DNA of 64,000 bases, from positions 46,872,001 to 46,936,000 of the forward strand of contig NC_043004.1 of NCBI RefSeq assembly GCF_006345805.1, in the 5' to 3' direction. The notes below the pieces were generated by a model, which was not told the DNA's origin, did not search any database, and saw only the letters and a program-made list of their open reading frames with translations. Within the stretch, counting starts at the first letter, position 1. Each line of letters starts with the position of its first letter. A program made the translations under genes and the position numbers. This stretch comes from Octopus sinensis (lineage: Eukaryota). Positions 41,681 through 52,839 of this stretch are shown here, one piece after another.

Positions 41681-42410
41681 TGTTATTGCAAAAACTTTCA
41701 GAGTAACAGTCGACAACATTGGATTAGAAGGAGGATTCTAAGAAAATGTTCTATAATTTGGAATAATGCTGTATTATAATAACAACATTCTATTATCTAT
41801 TGTCACTAGCTATACCATTCGAATGTTTAATCAACGGTCAATTAATATCTTTACATAATTCTGCTACTTCCATTCATTTAACTACGGATAGGGTGAATGT
41901 TCCACTCTTGCTTATATTACATTAAATGATGCTGTTCGGTGTTGAAAGTGTGGATCTTGAAATGACATAAAGCAAAATGTACCTGGTTAACTTTCTGGAC
42001 GCACATTTTAATGGAGCAAATGAGTTTAATCTAAATTCGACACCCTAATTTCTCTATCGCACCTGCTAATTATAATATATTATGCGTGGGTGAAGGAGTG
42101 TATGTGTCCTTGTGTGTGTGTCAGTTTGGTGTATATTTACATCAATTTTAATTATTTACTTTAGAATCGGATACTCACTGTCTGTTTCTATTGACCCTTC
42201 TCTAATAAATGGGTTTAGTTACATTGTCCTTAATGCATATTTTGATGTAATTGTTGATGTTGCGTCAGGTCTCTTAATGCAATGGCCTGCTATTATTAGA
42301 GCATATTTTAAAATTCATTTAGTTATCAAACGATCACCTCTTTATATTTTCAATTTACTCCTCTCGAGGAAACTATTTTCAGTCACTGTTTTTCAATATT
42401 CAATAAAGAA

Positions 42411-42620
42411 TTAGGCACCGAGAATAGTTAGCATGCTGGGCAAAATGCTTAGCATTATTTCGTCTGTAAGCTTCTTCTGGGTTCGAATTCATCCGAGGTC
42501 AAATTTGCCTTTCATCGTTTCGTGGGTCGATAAATTAAGTAGCAACTGTACGCAGGAGTCGATGTAATCGATTATCATCTTCCACCAAAATTGCTGGCCT
42601 TGTACCAAAAGTTGAAACTG
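42411..42620 (+). mobile_element. SINE family S1 variant, diverged
   Basis: tRNA-like head plus tttgcctttcatc and the ccaaaattgctggccttgtacc tail shared with 1912-2114. Confidence 0.7.
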
Positions 42621-44129
42621 ATATTGAATACGGAATATTTTTGCTTCGTTTTTCAACGAAAGCTGTAATCTATGTCAGAAGTTATGATTTTTATGGAATA
42701 TTCTGACCCACTGATGAATCGCATTATGTGACATATTTCATATTTCGATAGCTATATCTACCTCAACTCTTACGGTTCTTATGTTTATATTCTGCACTTC
42801 CATTAAATCTAATAATCATATTAGTTTGTGTAATTTTACTTTATATACATTTTTCAATATTAATAAATGATTTCTATTTATTCATCACATTCTTCATCGC
42901 TGTTTTAATGTTTACCGAGGCTTGGGAAAAAATGAAGACAATAGAAAAGCCATAGGGCAATTGTTTGAAATATTATTCCAATACACGCTACTGAAATATA
43001 GACACATTTTTAACACAAGAAATACATGTGGCTATTCATGAAGACAATAGCATGTCAGATAAACGCCAACGAACGAATGCTCGTAGTATTTAGGTGAATC
43101 ATTTGTGAATTCTTCCGAAACGTGTTTGTGTATACGTGCGTGAATGTGTGTTTATTAAAGTTCACACTAATCTCCAATATAATATTTTTATATATATAAT
43201 GTCAATATGCGATTTCTAGAAGTATTTCTGCTAAAGTCAAAAACATTCTTCCTGATGTTTTCGCTTGTTTTCTACTCTGATTTCCTATATTCAAGGTAGG
43301 AATAAATAATGAAAAGGCATATGCTGTCTTCATAATTGTTGATCTTAGGCTGATAATATAATGTTTATCTTCATTTCCTAATTATAATAAAGACTGAAAT
43401 TAGATGGTACCGAATGCTGTTGATTTTGTGGAGTTATTCTGCAATTACTTGTTGTTAAATACTAAAGGTACACAAGCAATGTTTTCCTATTTTTAGGGGG
43501 TCATTAATGTAAGTGTTCCCCACGGCATTTTTAGTAATTTATATATCTTTCCATATGTCCAAAGTAAGTCATCTTGTGTGTTGCATTATTTTACTACATC
43601 ACATTAGAAAATAAGAAATTCTGCCGGTTTTGCTTCATATAAAAGTTAGCCATTCATCTATACTTCAATAAAACAAGTATTAAATGTACGCTACAGATTG
43701 AACCAGCAATAATGGCTTCTTAGGGAACTCAAGCATTGTCTCTAAGGAAATACAATCAGTCATTCGACATTCTATATACAGTGAGGTAGAGAATGTCACG
43801 TGTAATTATATTGACTTTCCCATAAAACCAAACTGGTGCTGCTTAAAATATACGTACCACAAGTAATTCTCCCCTTAACATGATATGTAGGTTCTTAGAA
43901 AAAATTACACGTTTTTGAATTTTATAAACAAAAATCGAATATAGCAACCTTTATGTTGTTATAAATTTCAAGTTTCCCAATATAAGTATAGCTTTTATGC
44001 TTCCATTTTATATAATTACTAGTTTGGATTGAATTTGAATGAATTGCTCTGATACCCCAAATCTGGCTATATGCGCGATAAATAGCTAAAGATATTGTCA
44101 TAATCAACGTTTTTGAAAGATCATTGATA

Positions 44130-44290
44130 TGCCGTATAATATGTTTAGGTTCTTTCTGTCGGGTTTTACGTCCTATACCGATATTCGCGCCGAGGTCACC
44201 TTTGCCTTTCACCCTTTTGGATTCCATAAGTACCTTTTTGAGATTGGAGATTAATGTAATCTATTAATCCTTCCCCCAATGTAGAAACAA
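44130..44290 (+). mobile_element. SINE family S1, partial and degraded
   Basis: cgccgaggtcacctttgcctttcacccttttgg...ataagtacc. Confidence 0.5.
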
Positions 44291-44889
44291 ATGATCTAAA
44301 GTATCAGCTATAATAAAATTCTTGTTCATTACTGTATCAATAATCTGTATTGCCCCGGTGAGTCAACGTTATTATGATGTAGAATATTTTTTTACGTATC
44401 CCTATTGTTTAGTATAACGAACTATAATTGAAAAATGCGGTGAAGGTTAAGATACACAGTTTTATGCTCGACAAATATGTTCACATAGTATGATTTCCAA
44501 TTTAATCGATTATATCCACAAACATATCAACATGGCACTTTTGTGTAGTAAATTAAATATCAATATTGACAGAAATCTCACCATTCAGATCAAATTATGT
44601 TACAAATTTATATCTGAAGGTGGAATTTTTTGCTAAGAATGAAATATAATTTTTAAATGATATCAAAGGTAGCGTACACACATATTTTCATCTCCTGATA
44701 CTGAAAGATATTTGAAGAGTCACATGCTAACTGGTCGTGAAGAAAGCGTGTTGTCTGCTTAAAAGCAAGCCAACTATGTGTGTGTATGTGTGTGTTTTAG
44801 CTTTTACTTATTTCAGACTCTGGCCATGCTAGGACACCACGTTGGAGATATTGGCATGTAACGACCCCCTTTTTTATGTTTAAAGGCTG

Positions 44890-44929
<40 letters not shown>

Positions 44930-45015
44930 TATTAGAGACAAAACCACTATTTTGCAAAACAAACAAGGAAAGACTTAATCAATACATAAAATTTTAATAA
45001 TAGTCAAAAAAACCG

Positions 45016-45058
45016 CCACTACAATCGTTTCTTGTCTTGATCGACAATCTTCAGGTGG
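45016..45058 (-). ncRNA. Minimal type I hammerhead ribozyme motif (inverted copy)
   Basis: Exact reverse complement of 45724-45766. Confidence 0.85.
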
Positions 45059-45062
45059 ACTT

Positions 45063-45278
45063 CCAATCAGTACTCTGGTGGTTAGATATATAGATGACGT
45101 TTTCGATTTATTAAAGATGCATCCACATCACCATAGAGATGAAGCTCGGTACCTGAGTAAGTCTCGAAGAAAAACAAGACCAGCCGCTGGTATATCCCCA
45201 CATTGTGTCATCGCCAATCTGGTAAATGCGATGTGGTAAGGCGGCACTTAGGGCCCTCCATGCTCCCCAGACGGCCAG
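45063..45278 (-). pseudogene. AGPAT5: Inverted partial duplicate of the AGPAT5-like fragment (LAVWGAW to DW)
   Basis: Reverse complement of 45500-45719 with a few single-base deletions; ORF 45111..45329 reads LAVWGAWRALSAALPHRIYQIGDDTMWG. Confidence 0.88.
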
Positions 45279-45418
45279 CCTCTCCTCTTCATTGACGTTC
45301 AATAACAACTCAATTTCCTCTCTTCTCATCTTTGTCTGTCTATCTGTTTATCTATCTATCTATCTAACTCGGTTTCCCCACCTATCTTTTTGGGCTTCTC
45401 CGACTGGAGTGGACAATT

Positions 45419-45719
45419 ATGCTCTCAGTGGTCATTAATCTACACCATTTCAGATGGATTGTTCCAGGCTTCGTGATTGTGGGGACGGCACCCTGTTATC
45501 TGGCCGTCTGGGGAGCATGGAGGGCCCTAAGTGCCGCCTTACCACATCGCATTTACCAGATTGGCGATGACACAATGTGGGGCATATACCAGCGGCTGGT
45601 CTTGTTTTTCTTCGAGACTTACTCAGGTACCGAGCTTCATCTCTATGGTGATGTGGATGCACTCTTTAATAAATCCGAAAAACGTCATCTATATATCTAA
45701 CCACCAGAGTACTGATTGG
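45419..45719 (+). pseudogene. AGPAT5: Truncated, apparently intronless copy of the N-terminal ~100 codons of a 1-acylglycerol-3-phosphate O-acyltransferase 5-like gene
   Basis: Translation MLSVVINLHHFRWIVPGFVIVGTAPCYLAVWGAWRALSAALPHRIYQIGDDTMWGIYQRLVLFFFETYSGTELHLYGDVDALFNKS, then after a +1 A in the run at 45678-45682 (E)NVIYISNHQSTDW. This closely matches the vertebrate AGPAT5 N-terminus as I recall it (GTAPTY..WG.WR.LSA.LP.R.YQ..DD....YQ..VLFFFE.Y.G...LYGD...KENIIY.ANHQSTVDW). Homology stops at the HX4D motif and runs straight into repeat sequence. Confidence 0.9.
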
Positions 45720-45723
45720 AAGT

Positions 45724-45766
45724 CCACCTGAAGATTGTCGATCAAGACAAGAAACGATTGTAGTGG
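45724..45766 (+). ncRNA. Minimal type I hammerhead ribozyme motif
   Basis: CCAC-CTGAAGA-TTGTC(gatcaa)GACAA-GAAA-C(GATT)G-TA-GTGG: stem I CCAC/GTGG, intact CUGANGA and GAAA core, 5-bp stem II, short self-complementary stem III, GUA cleavage triplet (cut after 45762). Confidence 0.85.
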
Positions 45767-45938
45767 CGGTTTTTTTGACTATTTATTAAAATTTTATGTA
45801 TTGATTAAGTCTTTCCTTGTTTGTTTTGCAAAATAGTGGTTTTGTCTCTAATAATATTTTATAATATTTTACTATTAAATTGGATTTAATCCTAGATCTG
45901 ATTTTTTCCCTGTAAATTTGGATTTATTCCCTAATATT

Positions 45939-45990
<52 letters not shown>

Positions 45991-47276
45991 GTATATATAA
46001 ACATACATACATAATACATACATACATACATACATACATACATACATACATACATACATGCATAACTTTTCCGACTAGATCGGTATTCAAAATTACTATA
46101 TATTGAAATAGGGATTTCTGATTCTAATATGGAAATACGCTACATAGAATCACATATTCTTCGCTTCATTCAACAATTTTCATCGCATACAACTTTTACT
46201 ACAAACTTTTAAAACTATTTTGTCCAACGTATATATTGACATTTAATTTGGCAATGGAATCATTAATTTTCTTTTATTTGTACCATTGTACTCTGAATTG
46301 TCTGCGTAAATCGAATTTGGTTGTTTGAAGACTTTTTCTTTTCCCGGCAATTGACTAAACAGTCAGAAGTGGATACGATATTTACTCTAGCTATTCGTAA
46401 ATCTTTACATTATCACCTTTCTTTTCCCTCATCTTTCAGTGATATTTCATGTAAACAAATTCACTTTATTTCTTTCACCTATTCTTGTTAATATGATATA
46501 TTTATTTTCTAATTTTTTTCTTATTAGTTTTATCTGTTGTGTGACCTAGTACATTCTCTTCTCATATCTTTCCTTACACCCGTCTTCTTGTCATACTTCT
46601 ACCAGTTCTCCTTGATCTTCACCTCCTTTAGCTTCTTAAACATTTCTTATGCTTCTTATCCGTGCACGTTTTAAATTTTCTTTGTTTATTCTACCGTTGA
46701 TATTTATCGTCTCCATCAATTTCAACTACTTCATTTCCGTTGATTTCTTGTCTGTTTTTTTCGTGATGTATGCAGATATTTATTTATCTGATCCTTTTCA
46801 CATATATCTCTATCTCTTTGTCAATTTATTTTTTAATCGTATGTCGCTCTGATTTTATTAGTTATATAAACGAAACCTGATTATTGATCTGTATTATGCT
46901 TTTTACATCATTGTTCGTATTTTAATTTTTTTTATTTCAACAAGAAGATTTATTTATTCGATATATTATTTCTACCTTTAGTGCAGTCATATTTGTAAAT
47001 ATTCTCTTAATCTATTTTTACTGCTTTTAACATTTTTCCATCATAATATATGATGGGTCTATGAGCTTGAAGAGACCATGGATGTGTAAATTAAATGTTT
47101 GTAAGCAGTTAAATTTTGAACATTCAGTCTGCAATACAACCACGAATATATGATACAAAACGCGATGCAGTAAGTTCCATATCACCTAATTCAGTTTTGA
47201 TTTAGTTTGTACTCCTTCACCACAATTTTGTATTTCCAATTCAATTTCCTGTTTTTAATCATACAATCTTAGAAAT

Positions 47277-47620
47277 GCGTGGGATACGCGACAGAAACCG
47301 GAATTTTGCAATATCATTTTATTCACTTAGATTTACATGTTTACACTTATATCGACTGTAAAATATACACAATTTGAATCAGTTTATCGGTCCAGACACG
47401 TTTCCAATGTTCAAAGCAGTGTTGCGATGCCTGCGAAGTGATGCTTTTTAGCCTTTGCTTCGTTTTTGGCTTTACATCTTCCACATCTGCAAATTACGTA
47501 GCACCGCATTCATCAGCGGTAATTGGCAGAGGTTTTCTCTCCCTCAGCAGGGAATATTTAGGAAATAAAAGAAACACTTATACATAACCACAGAAAAGTG
47601 GACGCTGTATCCCAAGTATA
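47277..47620 (-). mobile_element. Mariner 3' remnant, same family as 3818-4498
   Basis: ADVEDVKPKTKQRLKSITSQASQHCFEHWKRVW; the 3' UTR and terminal repeat align with 4370-4498. Confidence 0.75.
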
Positions 47621-48796
47621 TTCATAGCAAGACTCGACACAAGTGTAGCCGTCAAGAATAGTACATATATGGCTAGACTCTCGCGAAGTGAGTGTGAATT
47701 AATTCAATGATATGAAAGGATAAAACTGTTAAACATCTCATTATTGGTCAGCATATAAAAATATAGGACTATTACGGTGAAATCATAAATACAATTATAA
47801 TCAAGGATTAATTAACTATGAAACTGCACAGCGAGGAATTTTGCCAATTTATTTTAATTCAAATTTATACCCTTAACCAGTTTAACATTTTAATTGTTTT
47901 AACAGTCGTGAATGTTGAGGAATTTGGAACTTGGTTGAAAATGTATAATTTCTGGTATATTACACACATATACACACATACATGACACACAGGCACATAT
48001 ACACACACAAAAGTGCGCACACATATATGGATGAATATGAATATCTTTATTTTGCTATGTTTACAATTATTATCTGTGTTTCCTATTGCTTAGCTTTATT
48101 TATATATTGTGATTTTATAGTAGTTTGCTTCCTTTGTATTTTCAAGATATTGTAGTGTATATTCTTTGAAAGTCATACAAAGCCGTTATCTGTTACCATG
48201 CGAAATCCGTGATATAGCTTTTAACCTGAATGTGGAATAACATATTAATGACCAGTTAAAAATGTCTTGTTTACTTTTGTCATTGACACAGGAAATATGC
48301 TCAAGTTCACTTACATATAAAAATGCAAACACTTATAAATATGTACTTTAAACTGCAGTGACAAAATAAGCATACAATTAAATATATACCGGCAATTACA
48401 TGAATACGAAACTGAAGAGCAAACAGGATTTTACAGATAAAATTGTACCATGTATTAAGACAAGAATATATACAATCCTTTCATACGTGCATTAAGCCTA
48501 TTGAAGTATCTGTTTCATAAAAGTAGTGAGCGTGTATATATGTATATATAAATACATATTTACATATATATCCATGTACACATAATGCCAAATAGATTCA
48601 CTTATATATAGGAATGTGTGTATGTACATGTACATTTAATAATACATACACCTACGTGCGTAGGCTTCTCTCCACGTATGTATAACAAAATCAATTTAAG
48701 GAAGATAACACAGAGTTACTAGAGGTATACTGAGTAAGCAGTGATATGAAATATTATTCATTTATTTAAGTTAAGTCCACTTCCAGATATTCTATG

Positions 48797-49205
48797 CTCT
48801 TTTACTCTTTTACTAGTTTCAGTCATTTCACTGTGGCCAAGCTGGAGCACCGCCTTTAGTCGAGCATATCGACCCCCAGGACTTATTCTTTGTAAGCCTA
48901 GTACTTATTCTAGTATATTTTGCCGAACCGCTAAGTTACGGGAACGTAAACACACCAGCATCGGTTGTCAAGCGATGTTGGGAGCGGGGAAAAACAATGA
49001 CACACAAACACACATACATATATATATATATAAATATATATGACGGGCTTCTCTCAGGTTCCGTCTACCAAATCCACTCATAAGGCTTTGGTCGGCCCGA
49101 GGCTATAGTAGAAGACTCTTGCCCAAGGTGCCACGCAGTGTGGCGGAACCCAGGACCATGTGATTGGTAAGCAAGCTACTTACCACACAGCCACCCCTGC
49201 ACCTA
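48797..49205 (-). mobile_element. CORE-type SINE (S2)
   Basis: Full S2 motif set in reverse. Confidence 0.88.
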
Positions 49206-50739
49206 CTGTAGATATTGTCTGTGGTTATTATTACCAAATCGAAACACGAAGCGATGGTAATGTAATCGATGAAAATCTTTTAAAATTAACATACCAAACT
49301 GAATGTCTAATGTCATGATGGCAGTTACAATTTGGTTTTTGGTATCAAATGGTCCATGCAACATTTGCTCTACCCTGTCTCCAGCAACGACATACAAACA
49401 GAGACATGCATTTTTGTTTTAGACGATTGCCATATTTAGGAGAAATGTGAGCTAAGGAAACTAACGTCCCTCTAGAAATCGAAGCCTCTATACTAATTAA
49501 AATTTACTTCTATCTCAATACATAATCATTCCTTTTAATCTTTTCTTAGTTTTAACCATTTAGTCATGGTGGCGCATCATTTAAATGAAAGATGAAATAT
49601 GATCTCATAACCGCTATTTGAAAAAGAAGACTAACACTTAACTCACATGGACATCAAATATCAAAGAAAATTAAGAAATAAAATTCCATAATAAATTTAG
49701 ATGCTGAGAAGAATATGAGACATTTGAGACTCGTGGGTAATAGTGTAACCATGTTTGTTGTAACTACTTGAACGTTAACAAGGAATAATCTTTTTCCATT
49801 CTACTTTATTTTTCCTATATAGATATAGGTTAATTGTCTATATCAGTTGCGATTAGACGAAGCTATACCGATAGAGTCCAATAAAAGTGAGACTATCTCC
49901 TTGTGCGATATGGCATTTGGACAAAACAATGTTTAGTTGAAATAACTGTAAAGAATGTTCATGTTATTTGTACCGGTCAAATAAGAATTTCTATTGTCAA
50001 AGTATATTTAAGTCCATCGAATTCGTAAGTTTATATGCCGTACCTACATTAAAGACGGTAAAAGAAGGGGAACCTGGCTAATCATCTTTTTTCTCCACGA
50101 ATATGTTGTGTATGCAAAGTGATTGTAACTCTCTATGCAAATAGTTCCGGTGAAAAATATTTATATATTTTATTCTACAGTACAGCATTGACAAAACAAA
50201 ACGGCACGTGTCTACGCGTTTGTGTGCGTGTGTATATGCCTACATGTATTTCTAAATGGATACTTATTCATAAGTATAAACCCTAATGTATATATACATA
50301 TATAACATATAACGTATATAAAGATTCATGTTTGCACGCAGAAAATTTTACAATAAAAGGAAATACAATATTTTTCTCCAAAATATATTTTGAAAAGGAA
50401 ACTACACAAAGTCCATTGAATTTATACTTACTTTTGGAAGAATAGGAAAACAGATTTAGTTATAAACAGCCCTCCGTTATTTCATCCTAATGGCAGTAAG
50501 CCTTTGTATTAGCAGCCACATATTATCCACTGTATACGTATATAGTATCGAGTTTATGAAATGGGAACAAATAAATCAATATGCAACATATGAGGGAATA
50601 TATAAAATGAGGCAGAAATAATTATTTACAGCAGAAAACAATATTATCGACACGCAGGTTTTAATACAGCATTCCGCGTAGTTTTACCTAGAAAAGTAAG
50701 TTAAATATCGTAAATATCGTAATAATAATCCTGTTGGTT

Positions 50740-50770
50740 TTAATAATAATAATGATAATAATAATAATAT

Positions 50771-50812
<42 letters not shown>
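50740..50812. repeat. (TAA)n microsatellite
   Basis: Direct reading. Confidence 0.95.
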
Positions 50813-50814
<2 letters not shown>

Positions 50815-52830
50815 TGAGGAACTGGATGGGAAAGAAAAACCGTGTCAGATGCTGAAGAAAGTAAAAGATTTTGGTTAAAAATATGGTCTCGGGAGAAACA
50901 ACACGAAACTGAAGTAGAGTGGTTAAAGTCCCTCAAAGAGGAAAGTGGGGAGTATGAGCCGGAGGAATTGATAATAACTAAGGGGATGATTAGAGATCAG
51001 TGCAGGAAAATTCCTAACTAGAAAGCGCCAGAATCCAGGTGAGATTCATGACTTTTGACTTCAATACTTGACAGCTTTGCACAGGAGAATTACAAGAAAG
51101 CTGGACTAAATACTGAGTAGTGAAATTCAATTACCGGCTTGGATGCAAAAGGAAGAAGGGTACTATGCCAGAAGGACCCAAGTAAAGGGAATGCGGCTGC
51201 AAATTTCCGACCAATATCTCGTTTGCCACTGATGTGGAACCTGATGACGGGCATTATATCAGACAGCACCTATAAGTACCTAGAAAGGAACGATCTGCTG
51301 ACAATAGAACAAAATGGGTGTAGACGTAAGGTCAGAGGAACGAAGGATCACTTACTAATGGATGTCTATTCTGGCTGATGGCAAGAAGAGACAAAAATTT
51401 GGCGATGGCATGGGTGGACTACATGGAAGCATATGGTATGACCCCACACACATGGATTATTGAATGCCTTAAACTATTTAATGTCTCACACAATACCCTG
51501 AACTGATTCAAAACTCAATGACAATGTGGTGAACTGAACTCACAACATGGGGAGTTAATCTGAGAGAGGTAAATATCAAAAGAGGAATTTGTCAAGGGGA
51601 CACTCTGTCACCTCTTATTTGTTGTCTGTATTCTGCCAGTAACGAGTGTTTTAAGAATGATGCCTGTGGGACACATGCTAGGCAGGATGAAAGTAAACAA
51701 TCTGTTGTTTATGGATGACCTAAAGCTATTCGCAAAGACGGAGAAAGAAATGTAGAGTTTGACGGAAACTGTGCAGATGATTAGCAAATATATTGGCGTG
51801 GAATTTGGGATCGAGAAATTTGGTGTAATGAACCACAAAAGGGAGGAAATCACAAAAATCTATGGGATCAAGCTGGAAAGTGGTGAAACAATAAGGGACG
51901 TAGGAGAGGAAGGATTAATTACCTGGGTATCATTTAAAGAGAGAAGATGAATGAACACAAGATGAAAGAAATGTACAGAAAAGAGTATTTTAGGAGATTT
52001 CGGCTTGTGCTCCAATCGAAACTAAATGACCGCTATAAGATTAGGGGAATTAACACGTGGGCCGTTGCTTTGGGGAGATATGGGGCAGAAATAATATTTT
52101 GGAAGAAGCGTGAATTACAAGAGATAGACCGGAGAACACATAAATTAATGACAATGAACAAGAATCTACACCCCAAGAGTAATTTGTCAAGATTGTATGT
52201 AAAGAGAAGGAAGAGAAGACGGGAGTAGTGTGCTGTGAAGTTTGTGTGAAGGGGAAAGAGAATAGCCTGGCTTGTGAAGGGGAGTAAAGAAGAAATTATT
52301 GAAGCAGTGAAAATGCACGGTACCTTAAATGTTAGCGAAGCCGTAGATCTAACACAATTTAAGAAGGACCAGAAAGAGATGAAGAAAATTTGTCAGGAAA
52401 AGAAAATGCACAGTCAGTTCTTGAAGAATAAAGATGAGATTGATTGGAATAGAAACTGGCAATAGCTTCAGAAAGGAGACGTAAAACAATCCACTGGAGC
52501 ATTAGTGTCTAGCGCTCAAGAACAAGCTCTCAGAACAAACTAATCCAAATATCACAGTTTAGGATTTGCTGTCAGAATGAAGAAATTATAAGCCTTATTG
52601 TTAGTGACAGCTGTAAGCTCGAACGACGCGAATACAAATTAGACACGACAATGTGACTAGATATGCCCACTGGCTTTTGTGCGGTAAAGCAAACCTCGAG
52701 AGAGCCAATCAACGGTATTAACACAAGCCAGAGGGACGAATGGGAAACGAACGTTACAAAATACTCTAGGATTTTAACTTGTAGTGCGACTAAGTCATAG
52801 AGGAGGCGAGACAACCAGATATCGTGCTCA
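50813..52830 (+). mobile_element. Decayed R4/Dong-like LINE including the RT domain
   Basis: Starts right after (TAA)n. DAEESKRFW; [24 protein letters not shown]; [17 protein letters not shown]; RGICQGDTLSP; LFMDDLKLF; continues into a broken CCHC/RLE. Confidence 0.92.
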
Positions 52831-52839
52831 TCCATAAAG

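Larger units (their letters stand above)
44920..45863. mobile_element. Penelope-like inverted-duplicated insertion carrying captured host cDNA
   Basis: Arms 44920-45278 and 45500-45863 with a 221-bp spacer. Each arm is AGPAT5 fragment + HHR + AT-rich tail ending GTTTTGTCTCTAATAATATTTT. An inverted 5'-truncated copy and HHRs are known PLE hallmarks. Confidence 0.7.

Noticed and set aside
43497-43508. 12-nt microexon-like pattern (TTTTCCTATTTTTAG|GGGGTCATTAAT|GTAAGT)
   Set aside because: No host gene context, and such matches are plausible by chance in 64 kb of AT-rich DNA; it would need RNA-seq.
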